Shown: one piece after another, positions 46,230 to 56,274 of the stretch | Numbering within the stretch: position 1 is the first letter of the stretch | Layout: each line of letters opens with the position of its first letter | Assembly (NCBI GenBank): GCA_964641225.1 | Contig: CAZXKC010000004.1 | Coordinates: 29,026-93,025, forward strand | Reading direction: 5' to 3' | Origin: an uncultured Candidatus Saccharibacteria bacterium | GTDB lineage: Bacteria; Patescibacteriota; Minisyncoccia; UBA6257; 1-14-0-10-44-23 | Length of the DNA: 64,000 bases | Program-made: the position numbers and the translations under genes | Notes under the pieces: generated by a model | What the model was told of the DNA's origin: nothing | Database searches by the model: none | The model's input: the letters and a program-made list of their open reading frames with translations, nothing else

Positions 46230-46339
46230 GCAATTAATTAACGACTATGAAGATTTATTATAAATGAGAAGGCCCGTACTAGATTGAATAAATAAATTCC
46301 AGAAGCGGCGGAGCCGCTTCTTATCTCGTACGGGATCTA

Positions 46340-46813
46340 TTGCAGGAGTATACAGGAATTAAGCACGTCATTCAAGGTAAGTGGCCCCCGCCCCATAGTG
46401 CTATACTAAATGGCATGGAACCAAAGATCAACTCAGAGACATTTCATCAAGAAATTGCTCATTTAGAGGCACAGCTCGCGGCAAAGAAACAAGAGTTCAT
46501 GAAATCCGGCGAACACCTACCGGAAAAACAGGTGTTTAAAGAGGTTGTTCGCGAACACGCATTCGCAGGCGAAGGAGTTGCGTCAGCCACTCCGAGCGCT
46601 GGAACAACAACCGCTGCGCCCGCTCGAACGACGACACAAGAAGACGAGGAGCAGATCAATACGTTGATCGCTCAGGCGTTTACAAAAGGCATCGCAAGCG
46701 CCGTAGCCGAGGCGCGCAAAATTGGCGATCCATACCTGATTGATATGCTGCACGACCGACTCGCCGACGAATACTATCAAAAGCTTCTGGCTGCTCGAAA
46801 AATTAAATCCTAG
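46340..46813 (+). CDS. Hypothetical protein
   Basis: ORF with a Thr/Ala-rich linker. Start uncertain. Confidence 0.3.
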   Translation: MQEYTGIKHVIQGKWPPPHSAILNGMEPKINSETFHQEIAHLEAQLAAKKQEFMKSGEHLPEKQVFKEVVREHAFAGEGVASATPSAGTTTAAPARTTTQEDEEQINTLIAQAFTKGIASAVAEARKIGDPYLIDMLHDRLADEYYQKLLAARKIKS

Positions 46814-46818
46814 TCGCA

Positions 46819-49296
46819 ATGTACATCGGAATCGCCATCACACTTCTGCTGGCTGTGGCCGCTATCGGTTATATTTCAACACGTTTCAAGCGTACCGGCG
46901 AATTCTCGCACTCACTCGGACTTGGCCTTCTTAAGATAGAGCTTCCTCCGGCAGATCAGGCGCAACAGCAGGAGCAAAAATTTACAATCAATGACCTGCG
47001 CGAAAAAATCGCCGTGATGGAGCAGGTATATAGCCAACTTGCCGCAATTCACGAGGGCGCCTGGCATACATTTTTATATGGAAAACCATTTTTCAGTCTT
47101 GAATTAGCCGTTCCCCACACCGGGCAGCAAATTATTTATTATCTGGCAATTCCGCGGCGGTATCTTAGTAGTGCCGAAAAATTAATCCAAGGTATCTACC
47201 CGGAGGCAACAATTGAACCGGTTTCAGATTACACGATTTTTAACCCGCACAGTGCAGCCGCAACCGGCATTGTCCGTGCGCGTAACCGCTATCTGCCGAT
47301 AAAAAGCTATCAGGTGATGGAGGCAGACCCGCTGGCCACTGTTTTAAACTCATTCAGTAAAATTGCCCACACGGGCGAGGGTATGGCCCTCCAGCTTGTC
47401 TGCACAAAAGCGCAGACTGAGTGGAATCAAAAATTAGGACGCCTTACGCGTCATTTGCGCGCCGGAAAAACACTCAGCCGCGCCCTCACTGATGTGAATA
47501 AAAATCAGTTTTTAAAAACCTTCAAAGACTCGATGAAGACAACTAATAAAAATCAGCAAGAGATCAAGCCAAATGTTGAAGAAGAGGAAAAAGGAGTGGT
47601 TAATGAGTCGCTCGTAAAAATTGTTGAATCAAAGGCCTCGAAAATTTTGTTTGACGTAAACCTGCGCCTCGTCACCTCAGCGCCGACACAAGAACGCGCA
47701 CAACAACTGCTTCAGGAGCTTACAATTCCGTTTGCGCAGTATACCAATGAAGAGACAAATGGCCTGACGGTTTCTGCAGAGAGCGGCCGTTCGGCCCAGC
47801 GCGCTATTTATCAGTACTCGTTTCGAGTACCGGATGCAAACGGCCGGATGACGCTTTCTGCCGAAGAACTCACGAGCATTATCCACTTCCCCAACACCCC
47901 TATCGGCGCCCGCAACGTCTCGTCAGTAAAAGCAAAAGCTGCGGCCGCACCGGTTACTATGCCGCGCGAAGGCATGCTGCTAGGCGCCAACGTCTACCGC
48001 GGCGCAGAGACACCGGTTCATATGACCCCGGAGGACCGACTGCGTCACTTCTATATTATTGGGCAGACCGGAACCGGTAAAACGTATTTGATGCGCAACA
48101 TGATCATTCAAGACATTGCCGCAGGCAACGGCGTCTGCTTTATCGACCCACACGGTGATATGGTTGAGGAGATTCTTGGCTGCATTCCTGAGTCGCGCAT
48201 CAAAGACGTTATTTACTTTAACCCCGGAGACGTCGCCCGCCCGATGGGACTGAACATGCTTGAATACGACACTAATTATCCGGAGCAAAAAACCTTTGTC
48301 ATCAACGAGCTCTTGGAGATTTTTAACAAATTATATGACATGAAGACGGCCGGCGGCCCGATGTTTGAACAGTACTTTAGAAACGCCACCGGTCTTGTCA
48401 TGGAAGACCCTGAAAGCGGTAATACCCTCCTTGAAATCAACCGCGTCTTTGTCGACAAAAAATTCCGCGACTACAAACTTTCGCGCTGCACTAATCCGCT
48501 CATTAAAACTTTCTGGCGCGACGTTGCCGAAAAAGCCGGTGGTGATGCCTCGCTGCAAAACATTGTCCCCTACATCAGCTCAAAGTTTGACTCGTTCTTG
48601 AGCAACGAAATCATGCGTCCGATTGTCAGCCAAGAACACTCGGCCTTTAAATTGCGCGACGTAATGGATAACCAAAAAATCCTGCTCATTAATTTGAGCA
48701 AGGGACGCCTCGGCGAATTAAACTCCTCACTAATCGGACTGATCATGGTCGGCAAAATTTTAATGGCCGCGTTCTCGCGTGGCGATATGCCGGCCAGCCA
48801 GCGCAAAGACTTTTTCTTGTACGCCGATGAGTTTCAAAACGTGGCAACGGCAACTATTGAAACAATCCTTTCCGAGGCTCGTAAATATCGCTTAGGCCTG
48901 ATTATCGCCCACCAGTTCATTGCCCAACTGGAAGATGATATAAAAGACGCTGTATTTGGCAACGTAGGATCGCTGGCAGCATTTCGCGTCGGTGCAGAGG
49001 ATGGCGAATTTTTAGAAAAACAGTTTGGCCCCGTCTTTTCTGCGCGCGACTTAATAAATATCGATAACCGCAACTGCTACGTTAAGATGCTCATAAACGG
49101 TCAGACGGCTCTGCCGTTTAGCATGAAAACGCTCGCTGGCCCCAAGAGTGACCCGGCAATTGCCGCAAAAGCGAAGGAGTACAGCCGTTTAGTTTACGGC
49201 CGCGACCGTGCGATCGTTGAAGCTGAAATGATGGTGAAATTCAACGCCGTGGATGCTGCGAAACAAGTCGCAAAAGCTCCTGCGAGTCCGTTTTAA
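46819..49296 (+). CDS. VirD4/TraG/TraD-family coupling-protein-like ATPase (T4SS DNA-binding domain)
   Basis: N-terminal TM helix, Walker A IIGQTGTGKTYL followed by FIDPHGD, and a C-terminal AHQFIAQL motif. No other T4SS genes are nearby. Confidence 0.5.
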   Translation: MYIGIAITLLLAVAAIGYISTRFKRTGEFSHSLGLGLLKIELPPADQAQQQEQKFTINDLREKIAVMEQVYSQLAAIHEGAWHTFLYGKPFFSLELAVPHTGQQIIYYLAIPRRYLSSAEKLIQGIYPEATIEPVSDYTIFNPHSAAATGIVRARNRYLPIKSYQVMEADPLATVLNSFSKIAHTGEGMALQLVCTKAQTEWNQKLGRLTRHLRAGKTLSRALTDVNKNQFLKTFKDSMKTTNKNQQEIKPNVEEEEKGVVNESLVKIVESKASKILFDVNLRLVTSAPTQERAQQLLQELTIPFAQYTNEETNGLTVSAESGRSAQRAIYQYSFRVPDANGRMTLSAEELTSIIHFPNTPIGARNVSSVKAKAAAAPVTMPREGMLLGANVYRGAETPVHMTPEDRLRHFYIIGQTGTGKTYLMRNMIIQDIAAGNGVCFIDPHGDMVEEILGCIPESRIKDVIYFNPGDVARPMGLNMLEYDTNYPEQKTFVINELLEIFNKLYDMKTAGGPMFEQYFRNATGLVMEDPESGNTLLEINRVFVDKKFRDYKLSRCTNPLIKTFWRDVAEKAGGDASLQNIVPYISSKFDSFLSNEIMRPIVSQEHSAFKLRDVMDNQKILLINLSKGRLGELNSSLIGLIMVGKILMAAFSRGDMPASQRKDFFLYADEFQNVATATIETILSEARKYRLGLIIAHQFIAQLEDDIKDAVFGNVGSLAAFRVGAEDGEFLEKQFGPVFSARDLINIDNRNCYVKMLINGQTALPFSMKTLAGPKSDPAIAAKAKEYSRLVYGRDRAIVEAEMMVKFNAVDAAKQVAKAPASPF

Positions 49297-49334
49297 AAAG
49301 AAAGAGGCCCCGCACGGTGAGGTGCGTGACCTCT
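49290..49334 (-). terminator. Hairpin terminator between the convergent T4CP-like gene and the 198-aa gene
   Basis: AGAGGCCCCGCAC-ggtgag-GTGCGTGACCTCT hairpin, with a U-rich tract on the minus strand. Confidence 0.4.
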
Positions 49335-49355
49335 CCACTGCAGGGCCGAACTACT

Positions 49356-49952
49356 CTACTGAACGACTGCCGGAGCCGTGACGTCCTGCTTCTTGCCATC
49401 CCAGCTATCGAGATGACCGTGAGAGCTGAACACGAACACGCCTCGTTGCTCGGACTCTACGTCCCAACGCTTGCACTGCCACACCTTCACTTTGACGTAG
49501 TCCCAGTTGCCCTTCACGCCAGTGATACTGGCGATTGCACGGATTGTTATCCAGCGACAGGCCCCTCCGCTGGGCTGCTTCTCGTTCAACTTCACATGCA
49601 CGACGAAGAAGACGATCCGGGACTGAAAGTTGTCCTCGGGTGATGCGGGCCGACCGTAGACGCCACGCTTGTAGGCGTATTTCTCCACGGCCTCATGTCG
49701 AAACCCTCTGGCATGCGCGATGTCGACTACTGCTTCGGCGAGCCTATCGGGCTGAGGAAGAACTCGAATCTCTCGCTCTTCCGTCTTGGGCGGGACTCGA
49801 AATTCCCATTCCTCCCAAGCCGCGACCGGCAGCTTCAGACCCTTCTCGACGGCGGCTCGCACCGCTTCTTGAGCAAAGGTCATCCACTTGGAAATCTGAA
49901 GGACCGTCAGACCATCCCGCTCACGAGCAAACCTATTACGGTGACGACGCAT
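49356..49952 (-). CDS. Hypothetical protein in a high-GC (about 58%) patch
   Basis: ORF only. Basic N-terminus. Confidence 0.35.
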   Translation of the reverse strand: MRRHRNRFARERDGLTVLQISKWMTFAQEAVRAAVEKGLKLPVAAWEEWEFRVPPKTEEREIRVLPQPDRLAEAVVDIAHARGFRHEAVEKYAYKRGVYGRPASPEDNFQSRIVFFVVHVKLNEKQPSGGACRWITIRAIASITGVKGNWDYVKVKVWQCKRWDVESEQRGVFVFSSHGHLDSWDGKKQDVTAPAVVQ

Positions 49953-50115
49953 GGGAACCTCCTTTTAGGTGTAACCTGCATATGCAGGCGCCGCCACTAT
50001 GGCAGCTTTCCCATAGAATATATTATAGCACACATTATTGTATTTTGTCAATAGATACGTTAAAACGCCTCATTTTAGGAGGTTTTTAGAATTTAGCCGT
50101 TAAAAATAACGGCAA

Positions 50116-50895
50116 CTATTTGTTAAACTCATCTCGCGGCTTTGACGCTCGTACAATCTCCATCGCCTCTTTCGCAGAATCAACGATAGTGAAAATCTGC
50201 ATGTCTACCTGATCAATTGCTTTGAATTTTGCAAACACGTCGTTTTCAATCCAACGAATAAGCGGATCCCAATATTCTTTACCTACCAAAATCACAGGTA
50301 TGTGAGTTGCAATTTTTTTGGTTTGAATAAGGGTTATAAGCTCAAAAAATTCATCAAGAGTACCAAATCCGCCGGGGAAATATACGTACGCTTGCGCGGA
50401 ATAACTTAACATCAACTTACGTGTAAAAAAGTAGTGAAACCCGTGACCACGATTTACGTAGGGGTTAATACGTTGCTCTACAGGCAGCTGGATATTCAGT
50501 CCAATTGAATTGCCCCTTGCCTCATGCGCCCCTTGGTTAGCCGCCTGCATAATACCTGGACCGCCGCCAGTGACCACCGCAAACCCTGCTGTGGCAAGTA
50601 AATTACCGAGCTCCTGCGCCTCTGCATACCACCGATCAGTGGCCGGAAAACGCGCAGAACCAAAGACAGTAACTGATTTACGATATGAGGCAATAAACTC
50701 AAATCCTTCGACAAATTCCGCCATGATACGAAAAATGCGCCAGTGCATAGACGCGCGAAAGTCAGATGGCTCTTCGAAAACAGGAAGATGCGACGCAGGA
50801 AGATTTAAAGATCCGATCTTGTGAGGCTCGTGCCCCTTGTGTTCCATTTTTTTACGAAAAAGCATATGAGTTAGTATATCAGAGAAAGAATTCAA
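50116..50895 (-). CDS. LOG-family protein (cytokinin riboside 5'-monophosphate phosphoribohydrolase-like)
   Basis: VTVFGSARF..., GGGPGIMQAANQGA, PGGFGTLDE motifs. Confidence 0.75.
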   Translation of the reverse strand: MNSFSDILTHMLFRKKMEHKGHEPHKIGSLNLPASHLPVFEEPSDFRASMHWRIFRIMAEFVEGFEFIASYRKSVTVFGSARFPATDRWYAEAQELGNLLATAGFAVVTGGGPGIMQAANQGAHEARGNSIGLNIQLPVEQRINPYVNRGHGFHYFFTRKLMLSYSAQAYVYFPGGFGTLDEFFELITLIQTKKIATHIPVILVGKEYWDPLIRWIENDVFAKFKAIDQVDMQIFTIVDSAKEAMEIVRASKPRDEFNK

Positions 50896-50898
50896 AGA

Positions 50899-51321
50899 CT
50901 ACAATTTTATTCGATAAAAATTCGTTTCTTTCTTTTCAAATCCCATTTTCTCGTACAAAGCAACTGCCGCAGTACGCTCAGGGCGACTTGTGCAATGGAT
51001 TTCAGTAACTCCTTTTTCTTTAGCTTTTTCTAGCATCGCAGCCATCAATAATTTACTTAATCCCTGCCCGCGGTGACTTTCGCTGACGAATACATCATCA
51101 AAATGAGCATCTGTTCGAGAAGCTGTCGGCAAATAGCCGACCGTCGTCATCCCGACAATATGGTCATTGTCGCGGATCACAAATAAATCGCTTGAACTCT
51201 TCAGAAATTTTTTGAAATCAGCGACATCTAATACCGCACGGTCGGGCGAAAACTGCCGGTACAGCTCCTTAATATCCTCAAAATCCGCCTTAGAAAACTT
51301 TTTTAAAACCTGCGCTTTCAT
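50899..51321 (-). CDS. GNAT-family N-acetyltransferase
   Basis: Acetyl-CoA-binding motif VSESHRGQGLSKLLMAAM. Confidence 0.7.
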   Translation of the reverse strand: MKAQVLKKFSKADFEDIKELYRQFSPDRAVLDVADFKKFLKSSSDLFVIRDNDHIVGMTTVGYLPTASRTDAHFDDVFVSESHRGQGLSKLLMAAMLEKAKEKGVTEIHCTSRPERTAAVALYEKMGFEKKETNFYRIKL

Positions 51322-51333
51322 GCCGTACTAAAT

Positions 51334-52803
51334 CTACGCTTCTTTTGACACATCAACCCGCGTCTTAAGTTTAACGACTGTTTTGCCGTCGGCTCCTTTG
51401 GCTAAAAGCCATCCACGGCCGTCAGCGGTCTTAAAGGTATATGACGATCCCTCCTGTGTATAGGTCAGATACTTTCTCTGCTCAAGAATTTTTAAAAGTA
51501 TCGGCTTTAGCAGTACATCCGTGTTGCTATCTTGAAGGGTATCAAATAAAATCCTGTTTTTTGTCTGCTCAAAACGTGCAATATCTATTTTAGGATATTT
51601 TTGTTCGGCTAAAAGAGCCAGCTCCTCAAACGAAGGTAGTTCTTCCCCATGAATAAATTCATCAAGCGTGGTATTAAATTCAGCGGCGGCCAGGTAGTCT
51701 GGTGAACCCTCGAGCGGCTTAGTCGTTTCTTCTACGGGCGCAGAAGGCGCGACGGGCGCTATAACGATCTCCTCGTCTACAACAGCCGACCCGCTGGCGT
51801 CCTCAAAGACACGCGGAGCTGGAGCCTCAGCGGCAACTTGAGCTGGTTCAGGGGTCGCAGAAAACTCTTTCGGCGTTTCCGTAGCAGGAGCAACAATGGC
51901 AGGTTGCGCAACTTCCTGTACTGCAGGAACATCCGCAAGGATATTGGCGCTCGTATGAGCAGGAGCGGCCTGTCTATCAAACGAAGACTGTACCGGAATC
52001 GACTCTTTTCGAATAATGGGCGTCTCAACTCCATTTCGCGCAGCGGGCGAAGTAGCGGGTTTTTGAACTGGTTGAACCTCTGGCTTCTTCGCGCCATTTT
52101 TACCAATACCAAACAAACGTTTCCAAAAAGAAGGCTTTGCCGAGGCAGCAGGTTTTTCTTGCCCATTACGAGTATTTGGTGCGGGTGCAACAATTTTTTC
52201 TGCCTGAATTTGCTCCCATGTTTTGCCGGCAACATCCGGCCGTAATCGATAGAGCGGCCCTTCTTTTTTCCCAACAGGCGCCTCAACCAACACCGCCAGT
52301 CCATCGGCGAGCAGCTTCGCAAGAACTCGGTCTGCCTGCTGCGCAGTCATACCTTGATTACTCATCTGAATCGTACGAGGCGATATTTCAGGGCCGAGTC
52401 CGGAAATATACGTATTCCAAAAATCACTCCAAAAAACAGGCTTTTCAAGATTGCCGGCAAAATCAGTGAGTTTCTCTGCCCGACTCTGCCCATTCAATTT
52501 CGCTTCGGACTCACTGAGAAATTTTCCTAATTGTGCCGGGCTTTCAATGGCTTTTTCGTCGACAGAAGACCTCTTCCTGAGCAGGCCATACAGCCCCAAC
52601 TGCTCTTTTCGTAACTTAGCAAGCTTTTTGTCTAACGTAAGGTATTGTGCATTATGACTTACACCGCCGCCCTGCTTTGTGCGAGTCTGGAGTATAAGCA
52701 TCTGCTCTTCAAGTCCGGAGGCTTCGTTTTCAATCTCTTCAATACGCTTTTTTACCTGATCAAGACTTTTCTCAGGAGCAAAAACTTTTTCAAATCCAAG
52801 CAT
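51334..52803 (-). CDS. Hypothetical protein with an N-terminal coiled-coil and a Pro/Ala-rich linker
   Basis: ORF only. Internal overlapping ORFs are in alternative frames. Confidence 0.4.
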   Translation of the reverse strand: MLGFEKVFAPEKSLDQVKKRIEEIENEASGLEEQMLILQTRTKQGGGVSHNAQYLTLDKKLAKLRKEQLGLYGLLRKRSSVDEKAIESPAQLGKFLSESEAKLNGQSRAEKLTDFAGNLEKPVFWSDFWNTYISGLGPEISPRTIQMSNQGMTAQQADRVLAKLLADGLAVLVEAPVGKKEGPLYRLRPDVAGKTWEQIQAEKIVAPAPNTRNGQEKPAASAKPSFWKRLFGIGKNGAKKPEVQPVQKPATSPAARNGVETPIIRKESIPVQSSFDRQAAPAHTSANILADVPAVQEVAQPAIVAPATETPKEFSATPEPAQVAAEAPAPRVFEDASGSAVVDEEIVIAPVAPSAPVEETTKPLEGSPDYLAAAEFNTTLDEFIHGEELPSFEELALLAEQKYPKIDIARFEQTKNRILFDTLQDSNTDVLLKPILLKILEQRKYLTYTQEGSSYTFKTADGRGWLLAKGADGKTVVKLKTRVDVSKEA

Positions 52804-52835
52804 AGTATAAAAATTTGAAATTAATAAATCACGTG

Positions 52836-52906
52836 TGGACCTGAGGAGAATCGAACTCCTACCTCCTCCATGCCATGGAGATGTAATACCATTTTACTAC
52901 AGGCCC
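52836..52906 (-). tRNA. tRNA-Ala (anticodon GGC)
   Basis: Acceptor GGGCCTG with a G3-U70 pair (the Ala identity element), anticodon loop ATGGCAT, T-loop GTTCGATTC. Confidence 0.7.
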
Positions 52907-53061
52907 TGATGAGCGAAGTGATACTGGGCGAACTACACGTATCGGCGGAGCCGATACTAATAGTAGCAAGATTGCCCAGGTTCGCCAGTACTCTGGCGAC
53001 AATCTTACGTACAGGCCCAGCGACGAGCGTATCGCTATTGTACGATAAAACACTGTTCATT

Positions 53062-53595
53062 TCAAGACGCCGCCTTCGCACGCTTGGCTTCTTCATAGGC
53101 TTTCATAATTGTATCGCGCGCATACTCAGGATAGCGTATCCCGTAAATAACCATTTCGCGCATCTCGCCGGCGGTTTGAATATGAATATTTCCGAATTTG
53201 AAAAAAGTTGCAAAGATTCCAAGCACCTCGATTTTTACGTCTTCTATTTTCTCAAGCGGTGAAGAGGCAATATCGCGGGCAAACAAACTCACCTGATCAA
53301 CGTCAATGAGTCGTTCATTGGTAATAACCAAAATATCCAGATAATGCCCGGTCAACATTACAAAAAACGCAATCAGCATCAGGAGCATCCATGCGGCTAC
53401 GAGAAAAATTGTCAAAGACTGAAATTGATCGCCACCGATAGCAGCAGCCGTAGAGCCAAAGATGCTCTTATAAAATGGCAGCAATATAAGTGGTACCACG
53501 GCGGCAATAATCAAACCTGAGGTCTGCATCAAAAATATAAACCAGTGTTTACGCATGCCCACAATCACCTTTTCGCCAGGTAAAAAATGTATCAT
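53062..53595 (-). CDS. Membrane-anchored bacterial PH-domain protein (YdbS/YdbT-like)
   Basis: Two TM helices and a C-terminal bPH-like domain. Confidence 0.5.
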   Translation of the reverse strand: MIHFLPGEKVIVGMRKHWFIFLMQTSGLIIAAVVPLILLPFYKSIFGSTAAAIGGDQFQSLTIFLVAAWMLLMLIAFFVMLTGHYLDILVITNERLIDVDQVSLFARDIASSPLEKIEDVKIEVLGIFATFFKFGNIHIQTAGEMREMVIYGIRYPEYARDTIMKAYEEAKRAKAAS

Positions 53596-53822
53596 AGAGA
53601 TATAAGGGCAAGATACATTACGCCTAAGAGTACAATCACGCCTACTACAAAAGACACTCGAAACTCCAAAAGCTTTATCAGGCCGATACCATACGTCCGC
53701 CAGTGATAATCAAGAATGCCTCCGGCAACAACGCAAAGCACGACCGTTAACCAAAACAGGTATGGGGCGGCTTTAACCAAAATACCCGTAAAAGAAATTG
53801 ACGAAATATCTGGAAATGGCAT
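53592..53822 (-). CDS. Small two-TM membrane protein
   Basis: Hydrophobic ORF overlapping the next gene by 4 nt. Confidence 0.3.
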   Translation of the reverse strand: MPFPDISSISFTGILVKAAPYLFWLTVVLCVVAGGILDYHWRTYGIGLIKLLEFRVSFVVGVIVLLGVMYLALISL

Positions 53823-53829
53823 GTAGTTA

Positions 53830-54867
53830 TTAACGCAGCGCTAATTTTTTACGTTTACGGGCGGCAATCAATCCGTCGAGGCTCCAATTGCCTCCGTCGT
53901 TTATGACCAGATAGAGCGCGAGCGCGAGCAAAATATAATGCGGCCAGACGGCTTCTTTGAAAAAGATCACCGAGAGTAAATACAAGAAAAAGGTCATAAA
54001 GGAGGCAAGTCGTGTCTCAAAGCCCAAAATAATACATAACCCAACAAGCACCTGCGCGGCTCCTGTGCCGAGCGAAATTAAGAGCGGATCCGAGGGGAAT
54101 AGCCAGTTGATGTGGTTGAGACCATATTTCTCAACGATTTCGAGTATGATTATTGGGTGCAAAAACTTAATCGTAATTGCCGGAAATAATACTGAAACAC
54201 CATAGGTAATTCTGATAATCGGCAACTCCCACTCCTTCCATTTTTTTATAAACGTGTTCGCTTTAGTCCGCACTCCATCGAGTGAGAAAATCATTGAACC
54301 AAACAGTAGCAATGCGAGAAATTCACCAACATAGTTAACGTAGGTGAGCATATAGTCCTTATACACCACCGTCATCAATAGCATATATATAAGACCAACT
54401 GCTCCGGCAATTCGTGTGTAGATACCGAAAAGAATCATAATGCCTAACGCATACAACGCAGGCCGAAGCATGATTCCGCCCGGCAGCGATGAAAGTGGAA
54501 TCTCGGGGCCCAAAAACACATTAAAATGTGCAGAGGCAAGGCAAGAAACAGCAAGCGCAATGCGGAGCGCAACATGGCCAACCGGCTCAAGACGCTTTAA
54601 CTTTACATCGAAGATAAGACCGATTTTTGAGGATAGAAAAAAGTAATAGACAATAAAAAGCGCAGCGATACTTAGACCTACACACAGAGCGATAAACACG
54701 TTATGCGGGTCTTTGAGCGCATCAAAGACATTAATACTCCAATCCTGCATTCCCCGCTCGATAGACTCAGCCGGAAGCACATAATTTTCGTGGGCGCGCG
54801 CAAGTACAGGCACCATGCTTAACAGCAACGTTGTGGATACAAAAAAAATCTTCTGAATCGCTCGCAT
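53830..54867 (-). CDS. Polytopic membrane protein (DoxX/HTTM-like; uncertain)
   Basis: About eight predicted TM helices. Confidence 0.4.
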   Translation of the reverse strand: MRAIQKIFFVSTTLLLSMVPVLARAHENYVLPAESIERGMQDWSINVFDALKDPHNVFIALCVGLSIAALFIVYYFFLSSKIGLIFDVKLKRLEPVGHVALRIALAVSCLASAHFNVFLGPEIPLSSLPGGIMLRPALYALGIMILFGIYTRIAGAVGLIYMLLMTVVYKDYMLTYVNYVGEFLALLLFGSMIFSLDGVRTKANTFIKKWKEWELPIIRITYGVSVLFPAITIKFLHPIIILEIVEKYGLNHINWLFPSDPLLISLGTGAAQVLVGLCIILGFETRLASFMTFFLYLLSVIFFKEAVWPHYILLALALYLVINDGGNWSLDGLIAARKRKKLALR

Positions 54868-55202
54868 ATGATTACTATTTAGGATACCACACCGTGCTAC
54901 TGAGCATGCTCAGTAGCAAAAATTCCGTACATCAAAATTCTCGCGGTGAGCGGGATATTTTGACCTGCGGAAGCGGGTTTTTGTTAGCAAACAAAAACGG
55001 GCGGCTCCAGAAAAATACTCGCTTCAAAGCCGCCCAGGAATGATTCGAAAGAATCCTGCTCTTTGCGAATATTAAAATACCTCGGGTCAGTAGGTATTTT
55101 AATGTGCGGTGTGTCCCGGTCTAGAACCAGGAGCTTTCAATAAACGCAAAAAGCCCAGATGGAATTTAGGGTGTCTCGGTCCTCGATAAAAAATGTTGAC
55201 TG

Positions 55203-55290
55203 CGGTGGGGGTGGGATTCGAACCCACGGGCCTCTTTCGAGGCAGACGGTTTTCGAGACCGACCCGTTATGACCACTTCGGTACCCCACC
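55203..55290 (-). tRNA. tRNA-Ser (anticodon CGA), class II
   Basis: Acceptor GGTGGGG/CCCCACC, anticodon loop CTCGAAA, long variable arm, T-loop GGTTCGAATCC. Confidence 0.65.
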
Positions 55291-56274
55291 GGGAATAAAA
55301 CTTTTATATCGTGCAAGATGCTTCTGATTACTGCTCTTAATTTCAGCAAAATATCTCTCAATCTCTTTCTGTTTACGCAAGTAAACAGAATTTTGCTTAA
55401 CAGTGTTGGTTGGCGAAAATCCGAGGTGGACGAGCAGTTGTACGATATCTTTTCTTAGACTATCTGCATTGCTCGTAATTGTCCAGCCGAGATGATAATA
55501 CTCTTTACTCTTAATTCGGTGACGATCTACATAAATACAGCCATCAGTATCGAATAAGCCCCTTATAAATGCGCGCTGATACTTTATTTCTGAATTAATC
55601 CATCCAGGAATGATCAATCGCCCTTTCATTTTATTACCGGCAACTCCTCCATGCTCCATTAGAAATGATGCCAATGCGCGCGATGAAAACACAACTTCAA
55701 CTGCTAACTGCTCTTTTTTCTTACGAATCCTTGACGATAAACCAAATAATTCTTTAGCAATTCTTTGAACGTACAGAGCATGTTCATAGTCCGTTTCGGA
55801 ATTAGTTGTCACGCTTACCTGATACCTATCAATGTGGCCATCGCCGAATACAATACCAAAAAATTCTGCCAATTTCTCAGAATACTGTGGTTGGCGAATC
55901 TTTTTCAATTGTTTAAAGCCATTACGCGATCCTTTTTGTTCACGTGCCGATATTAATCCGCCTCGTCGACGACCTTCTGGCGTACCAAAATTACCATATA
56001 AATTAATACGCGCTCGACCACCTTTTGATGCGGCTTTCTTAATATGCCAAAAATCTTTTAGATATTGAGGGCTCAGTATTGTTTCAATAATCCCCGCAAG
56101 ATTAACCATCTTTTTAAAAACACTTGATGGTATCGAATTTTTTCCACCCCTCCAATCAGTAATCGTTCTCACGGAAACGTTAAAATATTGAGCAAGAAAT
56201 TTTGAACTATGCCCCTGAGATGATAAAGCGGCAAATAGCAAAGCTGTATTCGCGCGCGTGATCTTAACTCTCAT
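55267..56274 (-). CDS. Free-standing LAGLIDADG-family homing-endonuclease-like protein
   Basis: Two LAGLIDADG motifs (LAEFFGIVFGDGHI and FIRGLFDTDGCIYV) with an N-terminal HTH. The C-terminal 24 nt overlap the 5' end of tRNA-Ser(CGA). Confidence 0.55.
   Translation of the reverse strand: MRVKITRANTALLFAALSSQGHSSKFLAQYFNVSVRTITDWRGGKNSIPSSVFKKMVNLAGIIETILSPQYLKDFWHIKKAASKGGRARINLYGNFGTPEGRRRGGLISAREQKGSRNGFKQLKKIRQPQYSEKLAEFFGIVFGDGHIDRYQVSVTTNSETDYEHALYVQRIAKELFGLSSRIRKKKEQLAVEVVFSSRALASFLMEHGGVAGNKMKGRLIIPGWINSEIKYQRAFIRGLFDTDGCIYVDRHRIKSKEYYHLGWTITSNADSLRKDIVQLLVHLGFSPTNTVKQNSVYLRKQKEIERYFAEIKSSNQKHLARYKSFIPGGVPKWS

Noticed and set aside
51777-52469. ORFs 51777-52322, 51838-52245 and 52137-52469
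   Set aside because: They are alternative frames within or antisense to the 489-aa gene 51334-52803. Their Arg/Leu-rich composition is shadow-like.
55137-55361. 74-aa minus-strand ORF overlapping tRNA-Ser(CGA)
   Set aside because: It overlaps a well-formed tRNA and the end of the LAGLIDADG gene. No support.
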